A stretch of DNA of 64,000 nucleotides from a virus. The DNA is taken from positions 1 through 64,000 of IMG/VR virus record IMGVR_UViG_3300003323_000257; one strand, 5' to 3'. Both the position numbers and the translations under genes were made by a program. The notes below the pieces were generated by a model, which was not told the DNA's origin, searched no databases, and was given only the letters and a program-made list of their open reading frames with translations. The stretch's first letter is position 1. Each line of letters begins with the position of its first letter. Below, in pieces: positions 1-8,471 of the stretch.

Positions 1-148
1 AAGTAACACCGTGATGGAATTGAATGAAGACCGGATTGGTGCAGTGCATGAACTCCTTCAATGCCTTATGGCTTTTATGGTCCAAGCGAACTACTGCATG
101 AACGGTGTCGGCATCGAGAACGGTTTTAAGGTTTACTTGGAGTGTCAT
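1..148 (-). CDS. hypothetical protein, runs off window start (partial)
   Basis: ATG at 148 with GA-rich RBS; downstream of TAGTAAATA motif at 211-219. Confidence 0.55.
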   Translation of the reverse strand, partial: MTLQVNLKTVLDADTVHAVVRLDHKSHKALKEFMHCTNPVFIQFHHGVT

Positions 149-210
149 GATTCTCTTTTCCTTTTCATAGGGAAGTTTTGGAGGTTACTGCTTTTTATGT
201 TACTGCTTTT

Positions 211-219
211 TATTTACTA
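211..219 (-). promoter_or_regulatory. putative phage late promoter TAGTAAATA
   Basis: Motif copy oriented with downstream gene; adjacent to tandem 15-bp duplication gttactgctttttat (184-213). Confidence 0.55.
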
Positions 220-236
220 CTGGGCGGATTGTATTT

Positions 237-728
237 CTATCTACTTGTACAAATGAATGCGATCCATACAGGATTTTTACCAACCATTCGACCTTCTATT
301 TCCATCTTTACTACAGTGGTTCGCGTAGCACGCAGTAATTGCTCGCGCACCTTGGATTGAATCAGAGCGCGAATGATGGGTTCCCACTCATCGCGATGGA
401 ATGATCCCCATACGAGTTCACGACAGGTAGCAGGTCGATTACCAGTCAGTTCATGAACTCCGAGCTTAGCGTCATACGCAGGATCCGATTGATAAATCCT
501 GTTGATGGAATCCAGGTTCTCGTCGTAGAGAAAGCGAAACTGACCTTGGAATGGAATATACAGATAACCTTCAATCTTCATTGTGAGTCCTTCGATAAAT
601 TTACGAGCCTCGTTAAACGCAACGGCGAACTCTCCTTTCGAATGCAAATCAAGTTCTGCTCGGAGCTCCTCAGGAGATAATGTTTCCATTTCAGACAGAA
701 CTTGATTTAAATCGTCTTGCAAGCTCAT
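237..728 (-). CDS. hypothetical protein
   Basis: ORF track; ATG at 728 overlaps upstream stop (ATGA). Confidence 0.7.
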   Translation of the reverse strand: MSLQDDLNQVLSEMETLSPEELRAELDLHSKGEFAVAFNEARKFIEGLTMKIEGYLYIPFQGQFRFLYDENLDSINRIYQSDPAYDAKLGVHELTGNRPATCRELVWGSFHRDEWEPIIRALIQSKVREQLLRATRTTVVKMEIEGRMVGKNPVWIAFICTSR

Positions 729-946
729 ACGCAAACCTTGGAAACAAAGAGTGCGTCGATTGCATCTTGGTTGCGCTGGTAGTGGTTGGCGAACCGCATC
801 AGCACCTCGTCTTCGGACAGGCCGAGCACCTCAGCCAAGCGGCCGATAAATTCCCGGGTTTCACTGCGGTTAGGCAGTTCTTTGGATGGTATGAGAACCC
901 GCATCTCATCGACTGCCATGGCAATTTCGTCGTTGGTTGGTTTCAT
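725..946 (-). CDS. hypothetical protein
   Basis: ORF in operon-like run. Confidence 0.7.
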   Translation of the reverse strand: MKPTNDEIAMAVDEMRVLIPSKELPNRSETREFIGRLAEVLGLSEDEVLMRFANHYQRNQDAIDALFVSKVCV

Positions 947-970
947 CTTATTATATTTCCTTGTTTTATT

Positions 971-1741
971 TTAGAATTCGTCCTTAATGCTACGATTCAG
1001 CCTGCTGATGGCCACCTCAATCAGTTTCTTATATTCGCGATGAATCTCTGGATTCTTTTTACTATGATCATTCAGGCTAGCCTGAATGAACTCAGCAGTC
1101 GTACCCACGAAGCATCCGCGAGTACAGTGGAAAATTGGTTTACCTTTGATCGGATCATAGTTGGCCCGGAAGACTGTTAAGGTTCCGCCTTCACTGCCGA
1201 CGTTGTTGAACGTCACAAAATGGTCAAGGGATTCAATGAAGGCACTGTTGACCCGCGTACGGCCTTCGATCCTCACTCGCCCACGGATTCGGCTGTTCCC
1301 GTCCACGAGGACGCAATCGGAGATTAAAACATTTCCGAGGACCTCGCTAGAGCCAGTGACCCTCGCATTGCCTTGAATCCGACAGGCGCCACCAACGTAG
1401 GCATCCATCCACAAATTAGCTGCGTCACAGATGACCGCAGACCCTGCTGCTTTGGACTCGTTAAACATCTTTGCACGATCTTTCAGGACTGCGAAACCAA
1501 ACAGCTGGGAGTTGTGCGTCATGACGGCATCGTCAATTACCTGCGCATTTTCGTATGCCATGGCGTCATCTTCGATCCAGCATGAGCCGTAGTGAGACAG
1601 ATTGCGAGCGTGTTCAATCCAGCCGCCGAGATCACCTTCATCTACGCGATTTCCGACACGGCGTAAAGCACGGATGCGCCTCAACTTACGACCTTCGTGA
1701 ACTTTGATTTCACCAGTGAATGCGTATTTTCTTTTACTCAT
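971..1741 (-). CDS. left-handed beta-helix (hexapeptide repeat) phage protein, polymer-forming cytoskeletal-like family
   Basis: N-terminal LRRIRALR..GDLGGWIE..NLSH.G.CWI motif followed by hexapeptide repeats (GNARVT/GSSEVL/GNVLIS). Confidence 0.75.
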   Translation of the reverse strand: MSKRKYAFTGEIKVHEGRKLRRIRALRRVGNRVDEGDLGGWIEHARNLSHYGSCWIEDDAMAYENAQVIDDAVMTHNSQLFGFAVLKDRAKMFNESKAAGSAVICDAANLWMDAYVGGACRIQGNARVTGSSEVLGNVLISDCVLVDGNSRIRGRVRIEGRTRVNSAFIESLDHFVTFNNVGSEGGTLTVFRANYDPIKGKPIFHCTRGCFVGTTAEFIQASLNDHSKKNPEIHREYKKLIEVAISRLNRSIKDEF

Positions 1742-2061
1742 TTTCCATCCTCGTAGACATAATCGACTGTTACGTGAGTGAAGTCCAGTTGCTTGTACGG
1801 TGTCTTAGACTTCAGGAGTTTTTTGCATTTGTCTTGGTCCAAGACCAAGCGGTGTCTGCTGCGAACACTCACCTGCTTCTGATAAAGGGCGCCATTGAAC
1901 TGCCACGACTTACCCTTATTTACTTTCAGCAGAAAGGCTTCCAGCTGTTCGGCCTCCTTCTCCAGTTCGCGTAGTGCGGCCTTGCGTTTGGTGATTTCCT
2001 GGGACAGCTTTTGGAAGCGCTCAGCCCAGTCCTTGGGTTGTTTGTCGGATACGAACTTCAT
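1738..2061 (-). CDS. hypothetical coiled-coil protein
   Basis: RBS AGGAG, ATGA overlap. Confidence 0.75.
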   Translation of the reverse strand: MKFVSDKQPKDWAERFQKLSQEITKRKAALRELEKEAEQLEAFLLKVNKGKSWQFNGALYQKQVSVRSRHRLVLDQDKCKKLLKSKTPYKQLDFTHVTVDYVYEDGK

Positions 2062-2073
2062 GGTAGTTCTCCT

Positions 2074-2274
2074 TTAGTGTTTGTCAGATACATCCAGCTC
2101 TACGCTTTCCAAGGAAGCCCTGAAGTAGTTAGCGCCAGCTGTGAATCCTTCAGCAAGGAGTGTGGCCACAACGTTATCGTTGATATCTGCGAGAAGATCA
2201 GGATGATCTCGTTTTGCGTTGTCCATTAGTTGCTTCAAAATCTCATCAGACTTCTTGGTAGTCTTTTTGCTCAT
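2074..2274 (-). CDS. hypothetical protein
   Basis: RBS AGGAG. Confidence 0.7.
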   Translation of the reverse strand: MSKKTTKKSDEILKQLMDNAKRDHPDLLADINDNVVATLLAEGFTAGANYFRASLESVELDVSDKH

Positions 2275-2283
2275 TTTTTACTC

Positions 2284-2511
2284 CTAGAAATTTATCTGAA
2301 TCTTCCAGTAACTCGTCCAGCCATTATGCCACGACCAGTATTCGGCGCTGAACTTTCGGTATGGATTCTCGTTCAGACCTTTACCGTCCTCGCCTGCCTT
2401 GTAGCCTTCGACGGCTGCTTCCTTTTTAAATGGAGGATTCAACACCTCCACCTTGGTGATGATCAACTCGCATGACGAGTTCATGTTAGGGATACTCCAT
2501 GCTGTAGCCAT
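2284..2511 (-). CDS. Rmf/CrpP-like small protein
   Basis: AAVEGYKAGEDGKGLNENPY...WSWHNGW pattern; ATG at 2511 with AAGGAG RBS. Confidence 0.55.
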   Translation of the reverse strand: MATAWSIPNMNSSCELIITKVEVLNPPFKKEAAVEGYKAGEDGKGLNENPYRKFSAEYWSWHNGWTSYWKIQINF

Positions 2512-2524
2512 TTCTATCTCCTTC

Positions 2525-2728
2525 TTACACGTAAAGAGGAAGGCCTTTGTAGAGCGGCCCTTCGTGAACACTGAAGTACTGCTCTTCCTTCCAGTAGTCG
2601 AGCCAGCCGCTGCGCCACGCAAAGTATGCGGCTTGGTAATCACGCTGGGACCACGGATTGTTCTCCAGCTTTTTGCCCTCTGCGCAAGCACGGTAGCCTT
2701 CGTTGGAGATTTCTTTGAGATCGGCCAT
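2525..2728 (-). CDS. Rmf/CrpP-like small protein (paralog)
   Basis: EGYRACAEGKKLENNPW...AWRSGW pattern. Confidence 0.55.
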   Translation of the reverse strand: MADLKEISNEGYRACAEGKKLENNPWSQRDYQAAYFAWRSGWLDYWKEEQYFSVHEGPLYKGLPLYV

Positions 2729-2740
2729 TTGATTTTTCCT

Positions 2741-2974
2741 TTAGTGGGTGTTGTGTGGCACCTTGAAGAGGGGATTGAGCACGCGCTCGGTGAACTCGCT
2801 AGGAGCACTATCCGGCCAGTCCAGCAGGACTTGATTGGCGTGTCCAGTTACGACAAACATATGTGACCGTACAGGATCGCACGCCTCCTTCTGGATCAAA
2901 TAATTGTCGTTGTCGATGTGTTCAAAATCCCAGCCGGCGTCGACCAGGTCAGCACGATTGAATTCGAGTTGCAT
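2741..2974 (-). CDS. hypothetical protein
   Basis: ORF in run. Confidence 0.7.
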   Translation of the reverse strand: MQLEFNRADLVDAGWDFEHIDNDNYLIQKEACDPVRSHMFVVTGHANQVLLDWPDSAPSEFTERVLNPLFKVPHNTH

Positions 2975-2985
2975 GATCGTTCCAA

Positions 2986-3219
2986 TCAGAGAAGAAATTC
3001 TTCGTCGGAAGAATCGTTGACGTTATGGAAGCGTTCGACATCAACGTGTTCGCCGCATTTTTCCCATTTCGTTACAGATATGGAATAACCTTCTTCCTTC
3101 GGGAAGGCTTTGAAAAACACAAGCAAGATTTTCTTGAGTTGAAGGGGATTGGTGACGCTGCGTTCCGCGGTAGCAAAGAAATGCTTACCATCCAGGGCAA
3201 CATTGATTTCGTAATACAT
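2986..3219 (-). CDS. hypothetical phage protein
   Basis: RBS AAGGAG. Confidence 0.75.
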   Translation of the reverse strand: MYYEINVALDGKHFFATAERSVTNPLQLKKILLVFFKAFPKEEGYSISVTKWEKCGEHVDVERFHNVNDSSDEEFLL

Positions 3220-3313
3220 GATGGCTCCTTTTCATAGGGAGTGGAAACGGTATAAATCGTTTCAGTGGAAGTGCCTAAAAATCAGGCACTTTTGGACAGG
3301 TACTGCTGTGTAC

Positions 3314-3322
3314 ATTATATCA
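3314..3322 (-). promoter_or_regulatory. putative extended -10 (TGnTATAAT) host sigma70 promoter
   Basis: Minus strand reads tgTGATATAAT; same string at 14113-14123. Confidence 0.55.
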
Positions 3323-3371
3323 CATTCCCGGCGCTCCTTGTAGGGTAGAGTCGGAAAAACAACACCTAAAA

Positions 3372-3390
3372 CTGCCTGATTTTTAGGCAG
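3372..3390 (-). terminator. putative intrinsic terminator
   Basis: ctgcct-loop-aggcag followed by tttt immediately after stop at 3392. Confidence 0.55.
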
Positions 3391-3391
3391 T

Positions 3392-3736
3392 TCATTGTCT
3401 ACCAGTGAGATAGGCCAAGCTGAATACTGCGAACATTTTGTGCCTTTGCCAATTCTGTAGTCTGTGGGCTTCTACCTGCGCAGCGTGCTGCGACGTGTGC
3501 CTATAGGGGTCGGTAGAGAACTGCACACGTTGGTCTGACCTTATCTTCCCAACTATGTGATAGTTGGAGAACGCTGTTGGAAAATCTCCTATTCGCTGAG
3601 CGTCAATAACCGCTGCCTCGATTTCAGGGCTACTCAATCCACGTTCACGTAGTAATGCCAATGTAACCAATACTTCACGCGCTACGGTTGGGTAGTCTTT
3701 CAACACACCTGCCACGTGTTTAAGGTCCACGTTCAT
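3392..3736 (-). CDS. hypothetical protein
   Basis: ATGA overlap at 3733-3736. Confidence 0.7.
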   Translation of the reverse strand: MNVDLKHVAGVLKDYPTVAREVLVTLALLRERGLSSPEIEAAVIDAQRIGDFPTAFSNYHIVGKIRSDQRVQFSTDPYRHTSQHAAQVEAHRLQNWQRHKMFAVFSLAYLTGRQ

Positions 3737-4065
3737 TTCGATGCCTCTCGACTTGGATTGAATGACGATACTTGTTGGTAGACTGCGCATATAGCGCCGG
3801 TCTTCAAAGCTTGATCACGTTGCGCTGCGCGTGCCTCATCCTTGAATGCGAACGTTCCTACTTCAGGTGGAAAACATGGATTGCCATTATGAATTTCTGC
3901 GATCACGAATGTACCGCGAGACGGCGTGTAGTTGGTACCTGCTTTAAACGCCGCCCATAGTTTCTGCGTCATGGGATTAATATAATGACCATGACGATCC
4001 GTAATACATTGATCTGTGGTTAGACGCAATGCGTGTTCGAATGCTAGGCGAGTAAAGCTTTTCAT
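3733..4065 (-). CDS. hypothetical protein
   Basis: ATGA overlaps both sides. Confidence 0.7.
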   Translation of the reverse strand: MKSFTRLAFEHALRLTTDQCITDRHGHYINPMTQKLWAAFKAGTNYTPSRGTFVIAEIHNGNPCFPPEVGTFAFKDEARAAQRDQALKTGAICAVYQQVSSFNPSREASK

Positions 4066-4343
4066 TTTGAACCTTTGAAAGATTTGAGAGACGGGAGTCC
4101 GAGTATTGCTTTGATGGTATGAATTGGAATACCTGACATCTCGTGGAATCGAATGATCAGAGCAGGCCCCATGTTTTGAACATTGTGTCTCAGATGGGAT
4201 ACGTATGCAGGAGAGGTACCCATAGTACGGGCAAGTTCGCTGTCAGAATCGATATCAAGGCGTTCCTTAACAAGGTCGATAATGTCGGCTTGCGCTGTAG
4301 GGCGTGGCGTGGAGGAGGGAGGAGGGAATTGTATGGGGTTCAT
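4062..4343 (-). CDS. XRE/Cro-like HTH DNA-binding protein
   Basis: SDSELARTMGTSPAYVSHLRH...LIIRFHEMSGIPI; ATG 4343 after GTTTCAATAGGAAG. Confidence 0.7.
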   Translation of the reverse strand: MNPIQFPPPSSTPRPTAQADIIDLVKERLDIDSDSELARTMGTSPAYVSHLRHNVQNMGPALIIRFHEMSGIPIHTIKAILGLPSLKSFKGSK

Positions 4344-4344
4344 G

Positions 4345-4563
4345 TCAGGTCTTCCTATTGAAACGTTCCCACATATACTGGACATGCGGGTTTTTGTATT
4401 GATAGTTGCTGTCAATTTCCAGCGTACCGTCTCCAGTAGTGCAGTGGGTTATTTCTCTGATGAGTTTTTCAAAAGAGACTCGCACAAAGACCTTACGGTC
4501 AGGAGCGTCACGTAAAAATTTCAAATAATTTAGTGAACTCGTGTTCGTGTTCTTTTTAATCAT
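4345..4563 (-). CDS. hypothetical protein
   Basis: ATG 4563 after GTTTCAATAGGAAG motif. Confidence 0.65.
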   Translation of the reverse strand: MIKKNTNTSSLNYLKFLRDAPDRKVFVRVSFEKLIREITHCTTGDGTLEIDSNYQYKNPHVQYMWERFNRKT

Positions 4564-4582
4564 GTGCCTTCCTATTGAAACA

Positions 4583-4921
4583 TTAGCGACGCATCCTCGC
4601 AATCTCTTCTGCTGTTCGTTGGTCGAACACAGGAGCATAATTACTCTTGTGAAGTAACGCCACGCCCAATACCTTATCCCCAGTATAGTGCTGTTGCTGC
4701 TTTGGCGCCGTTGAAGTGTATCCTGTATCCAGGGAACGTTCTTTGTTGACACGTGTTGATTCAAGCAACGGAGTACCACGCTTTGATACAGGTACTGCAT
4801 TCGAGGCAACTGCTTTAGCTTTCGCACCTCGTTCCAAAGGTTTAGCATGTTTCTTCAGTAAAGCTTCGAAATCGGCTTGCAGTTGCCGCTGTTTTACATT
4901 GAGCTTCTTTGGCTTTTTCAT
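4583..4921 (-). CDS. conserved myovirus hypothetical protein
   Basis: C-terminal YTGDKVLGVALLHKSNYAPVF...IARMRR motif recalled from T4-like/large phages. Confidence 0.7.
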   Translation of the reverse strand: MKKPKKLNVKQRQLQADFEALLKKHAKPLERGAKAKAVASNAVPVSKRGTPLLESTRVNKERSLDTGYTSTAPKQQQHYTGDKVLGVALLHKSNYAPVFDQRTAEEIARMRR

Positions 4922-5187
4922 TTGATGAAGGATCGTCCGAGTTGGCGAAGGATCTTTGCCGTATCGATACTTGGAACATACGCCCAGTAATCGATTTCGT
5001 CAACTTCGAACCAGCCTCCGTCCGAGTCGAATGAGTTCGAATGTGGATTGTAGATTGCTACGTGAACGCTATTTGACGGCTGGTCGGAGTCCAGCACGAA
5101 CACTTGCGAGCCTTCAACAGGTAGTTCAACTTTTGGATCTTTTGCATTGAACAGTGTTCGAAACATCAAACGTTTTACGATTCTCAT
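4918..5187 (-). CDS. DUF551-like protein
   Basis: LPVEGSQVFV...VAIY...EIDYWAYVP pattern; RBS AGGAGG. Confidence 0.55.
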   Translation of the reverse strand: MRIVKRLMFRTLFNAKDPKVELPVEGSQVFVLDSDQPSNSVHVAIYNPHSNSFDSDGGWFEVDEIDYWAYVPSIDTAKILRQLGRSFIK

Positions 5188-5188
5188 T

Positions 5189-5467
5189 TTACCTCCTTGA
5201 GTTGGACCTCGATGGTTTGACTGGACGACTATCATAAGTGTACCCGATGGTCACGGAAATGCCGAACAGCGTTATGCCCTTAACAGTGTGACCATCGTAG
5301 CGTACGTCTACCTTCTCAAACAAAGGTCGAGAGAAACCGATTCGGAGATTGGATTCCTCTTCGATAAACCACAACTCGTTGTCGAAGTGCTTGTTCAGAA
5401 AATGCTGATGGCGTTTCCACCAGGTCAGCACGATTCCACACGAATGGAACTCGATTCGTTTATTCAT
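5189..5467 (-). CDS. hypothetical protein
   Basis: ATGA overlap, RBS AAGGA. Confidence 0.65.
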   Translation of the reverse strand: MNKRIEFHSCGIVLTWWKRHQHFLNKHFDNELWFIEEESNLRIGFSRPLFEKVDVRYDGHTVKGITLFGISVTIGYTYDSRPVKPSRSNSRR

Positions 5468-5832
5468 GACTGTCCTTTCTTTGCTGCCTTTCGGGCGTCT
5501 ACTTGTTGGTTCCATTCTTTGATGGATAAGACTGGAGGCGGTCCAACAAATTCGACGTTGAGATTGCCGTTGTAGTGTGTGAGATTCCAGTTCATCTTGT
5601 TACCGCACGTAGGGCATTGGAAGCCCCAGGGCTTGCGACGTGTGCGACCGCAATTGGTGCCGAAGCAGTACGGCACATACTTGTCGTCGCTCAGTTTGTC
5701 CATCATGGATTCGTCAATGCTGTCACCACTACGGATCAATACCTTTGGATGGGGTACGATCTCATCAGGTTCACGATGCTTTTCGGCTAAACGCGCGGCC
5801 ATGGCCAGAAGTTCTGGAGAGAGATTATCCAT
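5464..5832 (-). CDS. hypothetical protein with putative Zn ribbon
   Basis: C..TNC...CPTC. Confidence 0.7.
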   Translation of the reverse strand: MDNLSPELLAMAARLAEKHREPDEIVPHPKVLIRSGDSIDESMMDKLSDDKYVPYCFGTNCGRTRRKPWGFQCPTCGNKMNWNLTHYNGNLNVEFVGPPPVLSIKEWNQQVDARKAAKKGQS

Positions 5833-6230
5833 TAGTCATCTTCTCCAAAAGCAGAGTTGCCGACTTCAATGACCTTCAATGAATCTTCAGAAAAGCCACA
5901 GCACATCGCCCCGTTATAAGAAGCTTTGAGAGAAGCTTTGAGGAAATCATGCCTTGGACTTTCGGGTTGATTTTTCAACTCTTCGTATTTACGACAAATC
6001 GATTTATCGAAAGACAACGTGTACAGAGGAGTACCATCGCAGTCTCGCGCATGAGCAACAACCCACAAACGCAATCCTGCGTGATGATTCGACTTGTAAT
6101 CAGTCGGACTGTTCTCACCAAGCACTTCCACCAAAGACAACAAAGGTATTTTGTGTTGGGTCTCCAGATTGTTTTCCCTTCTGGTTTTACCGTTTGCCTC
6201 TACTTCGTTATAAACGATATTGATTTCCAT
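5832..6230 (-). CDS. hypothetical protein
   Basis: RBS AAGGA before ATG 6230. Confidence 0.7.
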   Translation of the reverse strand: MEINIVYNEVEANGKTRRENNLETQHKIPLLSLVEVLGENSPTDYKSNHHAGLRLWVVAHARDCDGTPLYTLSFDKSICRKYEELKNQPESPRHDFLKASLKASYNGAMCCGFSEDSLKVIEVGNSAFGEDD

Positions 6231-6290
6231 GTTTTGTCCTTTAGTATTCATCATATTGCGCAAAGCTCTGTGATAAATTGTATGGATTAT

Positions 6291-7013
6291 TCATTCGGTC
6301 TCCATGTTCAGAACGGTAAGCGCTTGGCGGATTTGGATTTCACTGGCGGCAGGGAACAGCTCCAGTAAGGCTTTGAGTTTCGAACTCAGTCGATCAGTGT
6401 CGGTTGATTCCGGACCGTTTGTCTCACGATTCGGAAATTCAAGATATCGATCAACCAGTGCCTTGTGGTCTAAGCGCACCCAATATCCGTCAGGCTTCTG
6501 ACCACCTCCGGTATTTAATGAACCGAGATAGTTGCGCGCCCACTCATGGAGTAAGGTATACTCGCGTTCATTCTTGATCTTCTTGATGAAGACAGCATCA
6601 GGGTTGATGTGATCAGGGCTTTGACGGAAGCTTACGTTTGCTTTGTCAAAAACACTTGTTCCGAACAGGCCGGAGAGGCGATCCATCTTCCACCGCCAAT
6701 TGTCGTATTCGTCACCCTCTTTTTCGTCCTCGACCTCAGTGTCAGGTTCATCGCCAAAAGTGGGTTCCTGGATTTCGAGAGCCTTACCTACGTGACGTAA
6801 CAAAGAGTTTGGGATGCCTTCTATTGAAAGAAGCAAGGTAACTGCACGTTGCAACGCTTCGATCTGTGCCTGCTGGGCAATGATAACTTCGCGAGCCGTA
6901 GTGTCAACAGCAGTCATGCCCGCGGAGCGGGTTCGTTGTTCTTTGAGCGACACGCACATCCGAGACATATTGCGCATAACGCCTTGATACCAACCTTTAA
7001 AATCTTTAAACAT
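6291..7013 (-). CDS. hypothetical protein
   Basis: 240 aa, RBS AGGAG. Confidence 0.75.
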   Translation of the reverse strand: MFKDFKGWYQGVMRNMSRMCVSLKEQRTRSAGMTAVDTTAREVIIAQQAQIEALQRAVTLLLSIEGIPNSLLRHVGKALEIQEPTFGDEPDTEVEDEKEGDEYDNWRWKMDRLSGLFGTSVFDKANVSFRQSPDHINPDAVFIKKIKNEREYTLLHEWARNYLGSLNTGGGQKPDGYWVRLDHKALVDRYLEFPNRETNGPESTDTDRLSSKLKALLELFPAASEIQIRQALTVLNMETE

Positions 7014-7059
7014 AGGTTCTCCTGTTAATTAACACATCATTTCTACTAGTCTTTACTAT

Positions 7060-7083
7060 CTCGGTCGTGCCGGCACGACCGAG
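7060..7083. repeat. perfect 24-bp palindrome ctcggtcgtgccggcacgaccgag
   Basis: Read directly; intergenic, just after stop at 7088. Confidence 0.8.
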
Positions 7084-7087
7084 CTTT

Positions 7088-7519
7088 TCAAAGGTCTTCA
7101 CCTTCGAAGTACTCTTGCTCATTGTAGTCATTGTAGGAATCCGACAAAGGGCCATCCTCGTCTACAGTACCGAGACCTCGATCAATACCCATTGCTTCGT
7201 CCATGAGATCGCAGTCCAATTCCCATTCGCGACTGGCCGCCAATATGTTAGGATGGAGGCCATCCATGATTTCCTCGGCGAACTTGTCGGCCTGCTTCTT
7301 CTTGGTGAAGTAAGCACCATAGGTCCCGTTCAGATTATGAGCGGCAATGCCTGTGTACTTGTGACGGCGTTTGCCTTTGAATACCTGGCGGTCAGAATAG
7401 AATTCCAGACGTTCAGTAGGAGGATTGGTGAAGCGATTAACATGAACATGGCCCCACACACGATAAAGAATGCGGCCGCTCTTGGCGTACTTCAGCGCCT
7501 TTTCGTAAGAAAGTCTCAT
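7088..7519 (-). CDS. hypothetical protein
   Basis: RBS AGGAG. Confidence 0.7.
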   Translation of the reverse strand: MRLSYEKALKYAKSGRILYRVWGHVHVNRFTNPPTERLEFYSDRQVFKGKRRHKYTGIAAHNLNGTYGAYFTKKKQADKFAEEIMDGLHPNILAASREWELDCDLMDEAMGIDRGLGTVDEDGPLSDSYNDYNEQEYFEGEDL

Positions 7520-7672
7520 TTAAAATCTCCTTATGAATTCAAGGATAACGGTTAATACAAGAGGCACAGGTAAGAGTAGCCACATGACGGTGTCCCAAAA
7601 TTGCTCGCGCTCCCTGCGCTTGGCTTCTTTGCGTGCCTCTTCAAGAAGCTCAGCCAATTCAAGGTCTGTCAT
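7520..7672 (-). CDS. small membrane protein (50 aa, not in ORF track)
   Basis: MTDLELAELLEEARKEAKRREREQFWDTVMWLLLPVPLVLTVILEFIRRF; fills gap, ATGA overlap. Confidence 0.65.
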   Translation of the reverse strand: MTDLELAELLEEARKEAKRREREQFWDTVMWLLLPVPLVLTVILEFIRRF

Positions 7673-8028
7673 TTGAGCCTTTCCAGGTCTTGCTTGACCA
7701 CGGTATCGTACGAGTACCAGAGACTAAGAATTTCCAGTGTCTCCTTTTTCAAAGTAACAGGAGTGTCACCTTCCTCATAATCTTCGAGAGCCTCTGCCCA
7801 CCATTCTGGTTTTAAGTCTTCGAGTTGTTTGACCAAGATTTTTAACGACTTTCTGGACATGGTGAATTTACTCAGATCATTTCCGTCACCTAACATGACA
7901 GGAAGTTTATCGATTTTGCCGAAATTGGCAAGGAGTAACGCCCACATGTAGCCCTCAGTGTCCTCGCAGGTTGCGATGTACGAATTGGTGTTAGTGAGTT
8001 CCCGTTTAACGGAGGTTATGTGCTTCAT
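7669..8028 (-). CDS. hypothetical protein
   Basis: RBS AGGAG. Confidence 0.7.
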   Translation of the reverse strand: MKHITSVKRELTNTNSYIATCEDTEGYMWALLLANFGKIDKLPVMLGDGNDLSKFTMSRKSLKILVKQLEDLKPEWWAEALEDYEEGDTPVTLKKETLEILSLWYSYDTVVKQDLERLK

Positions 8029-8068
8029 TTACTTCTCCTGGAGAGATTGATGAACGTCCGACTGATTA

Positions 8069-8410
8069 TCAGCCGAGGTTATCTGCCAGTTGATTGATTA
8101 GCATTTGGAATGCTAGGCCTGGACGAACGTTGTGTTCCTCGACGTAGTGCAGAAAGCCTGACGGCCAGCGCCATTCGATCTTGCCGATTTTCAGCACAAA
8201 CTCCTCGTGGCCGTTCTTCGCACCACAGATACGACATTTCGAATGTCCTCGGAAGGCTTCAATTTCCACCTTCTTACTGTTCTGCACCTTGGTTAGTGCG
8301 TCCATAAATTCACGGCGACCTAACCACTTGGTCGTGCGCGCTCGTGCCAACGGATAGTGTTTCTCGGATTCGGAAGGGCCTTTGAAATAGCCTTCGTAGA
8401 TGACGTACAT
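8069..8410 (-). CDS. conserved hypothetical protein, putative Zn-binding
   Basis: RGHSKCRICG..NG..E...WRWPSGFLHYVEEHNVRP motif. Confidence 0.75.
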   Translation of the reverse strand: MYVIYEGYFKGPSESEKHYPLARARTTKWLGRREFMDALTKVQNSKKVEIEAFRGHSKCRICGAKNGHEEFVLKIGKIEWRWPSGFLHYVEEHNVRPGLAFQMLINQLADNLG

Positions 8411-8471
8411 GATGATTCTCCTTTAAGATAAAACGATTGCTACTTGCCGACTGTTACTTGTGATGGGTTTA

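Larger units (their letters stand above)
3270..3390. repeat. inverted pair of hairpins (gcctaaaaatcaggca at 3271-3286; reverse complement at 3373-3388)
   Basis: 16-bp exact inverted repeat; each copy is a stem-loop followed by T4 on opposite strands. Confidence 0.8.

Noticed and set aside
184-213. 15-bp tandem duplication; likewise the 11-bp duplication at 13396-13417
   Set aside because: Most simply slippage duplications of promoter/RBS regions; no evidence of an array.
680-1180. Plus-strand ORF with an apparent AGGAG RBS
   Set aside because: Antisense shadow of three coupled minus-strand genes; the RBS is the reverse complement of the TLSPE codons.
4457-4490. CTGATGAG, hammerhead-ribozyme-like core
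   Set aside because: No GAAA after the putative stem II; lies antisense within a coding gene.
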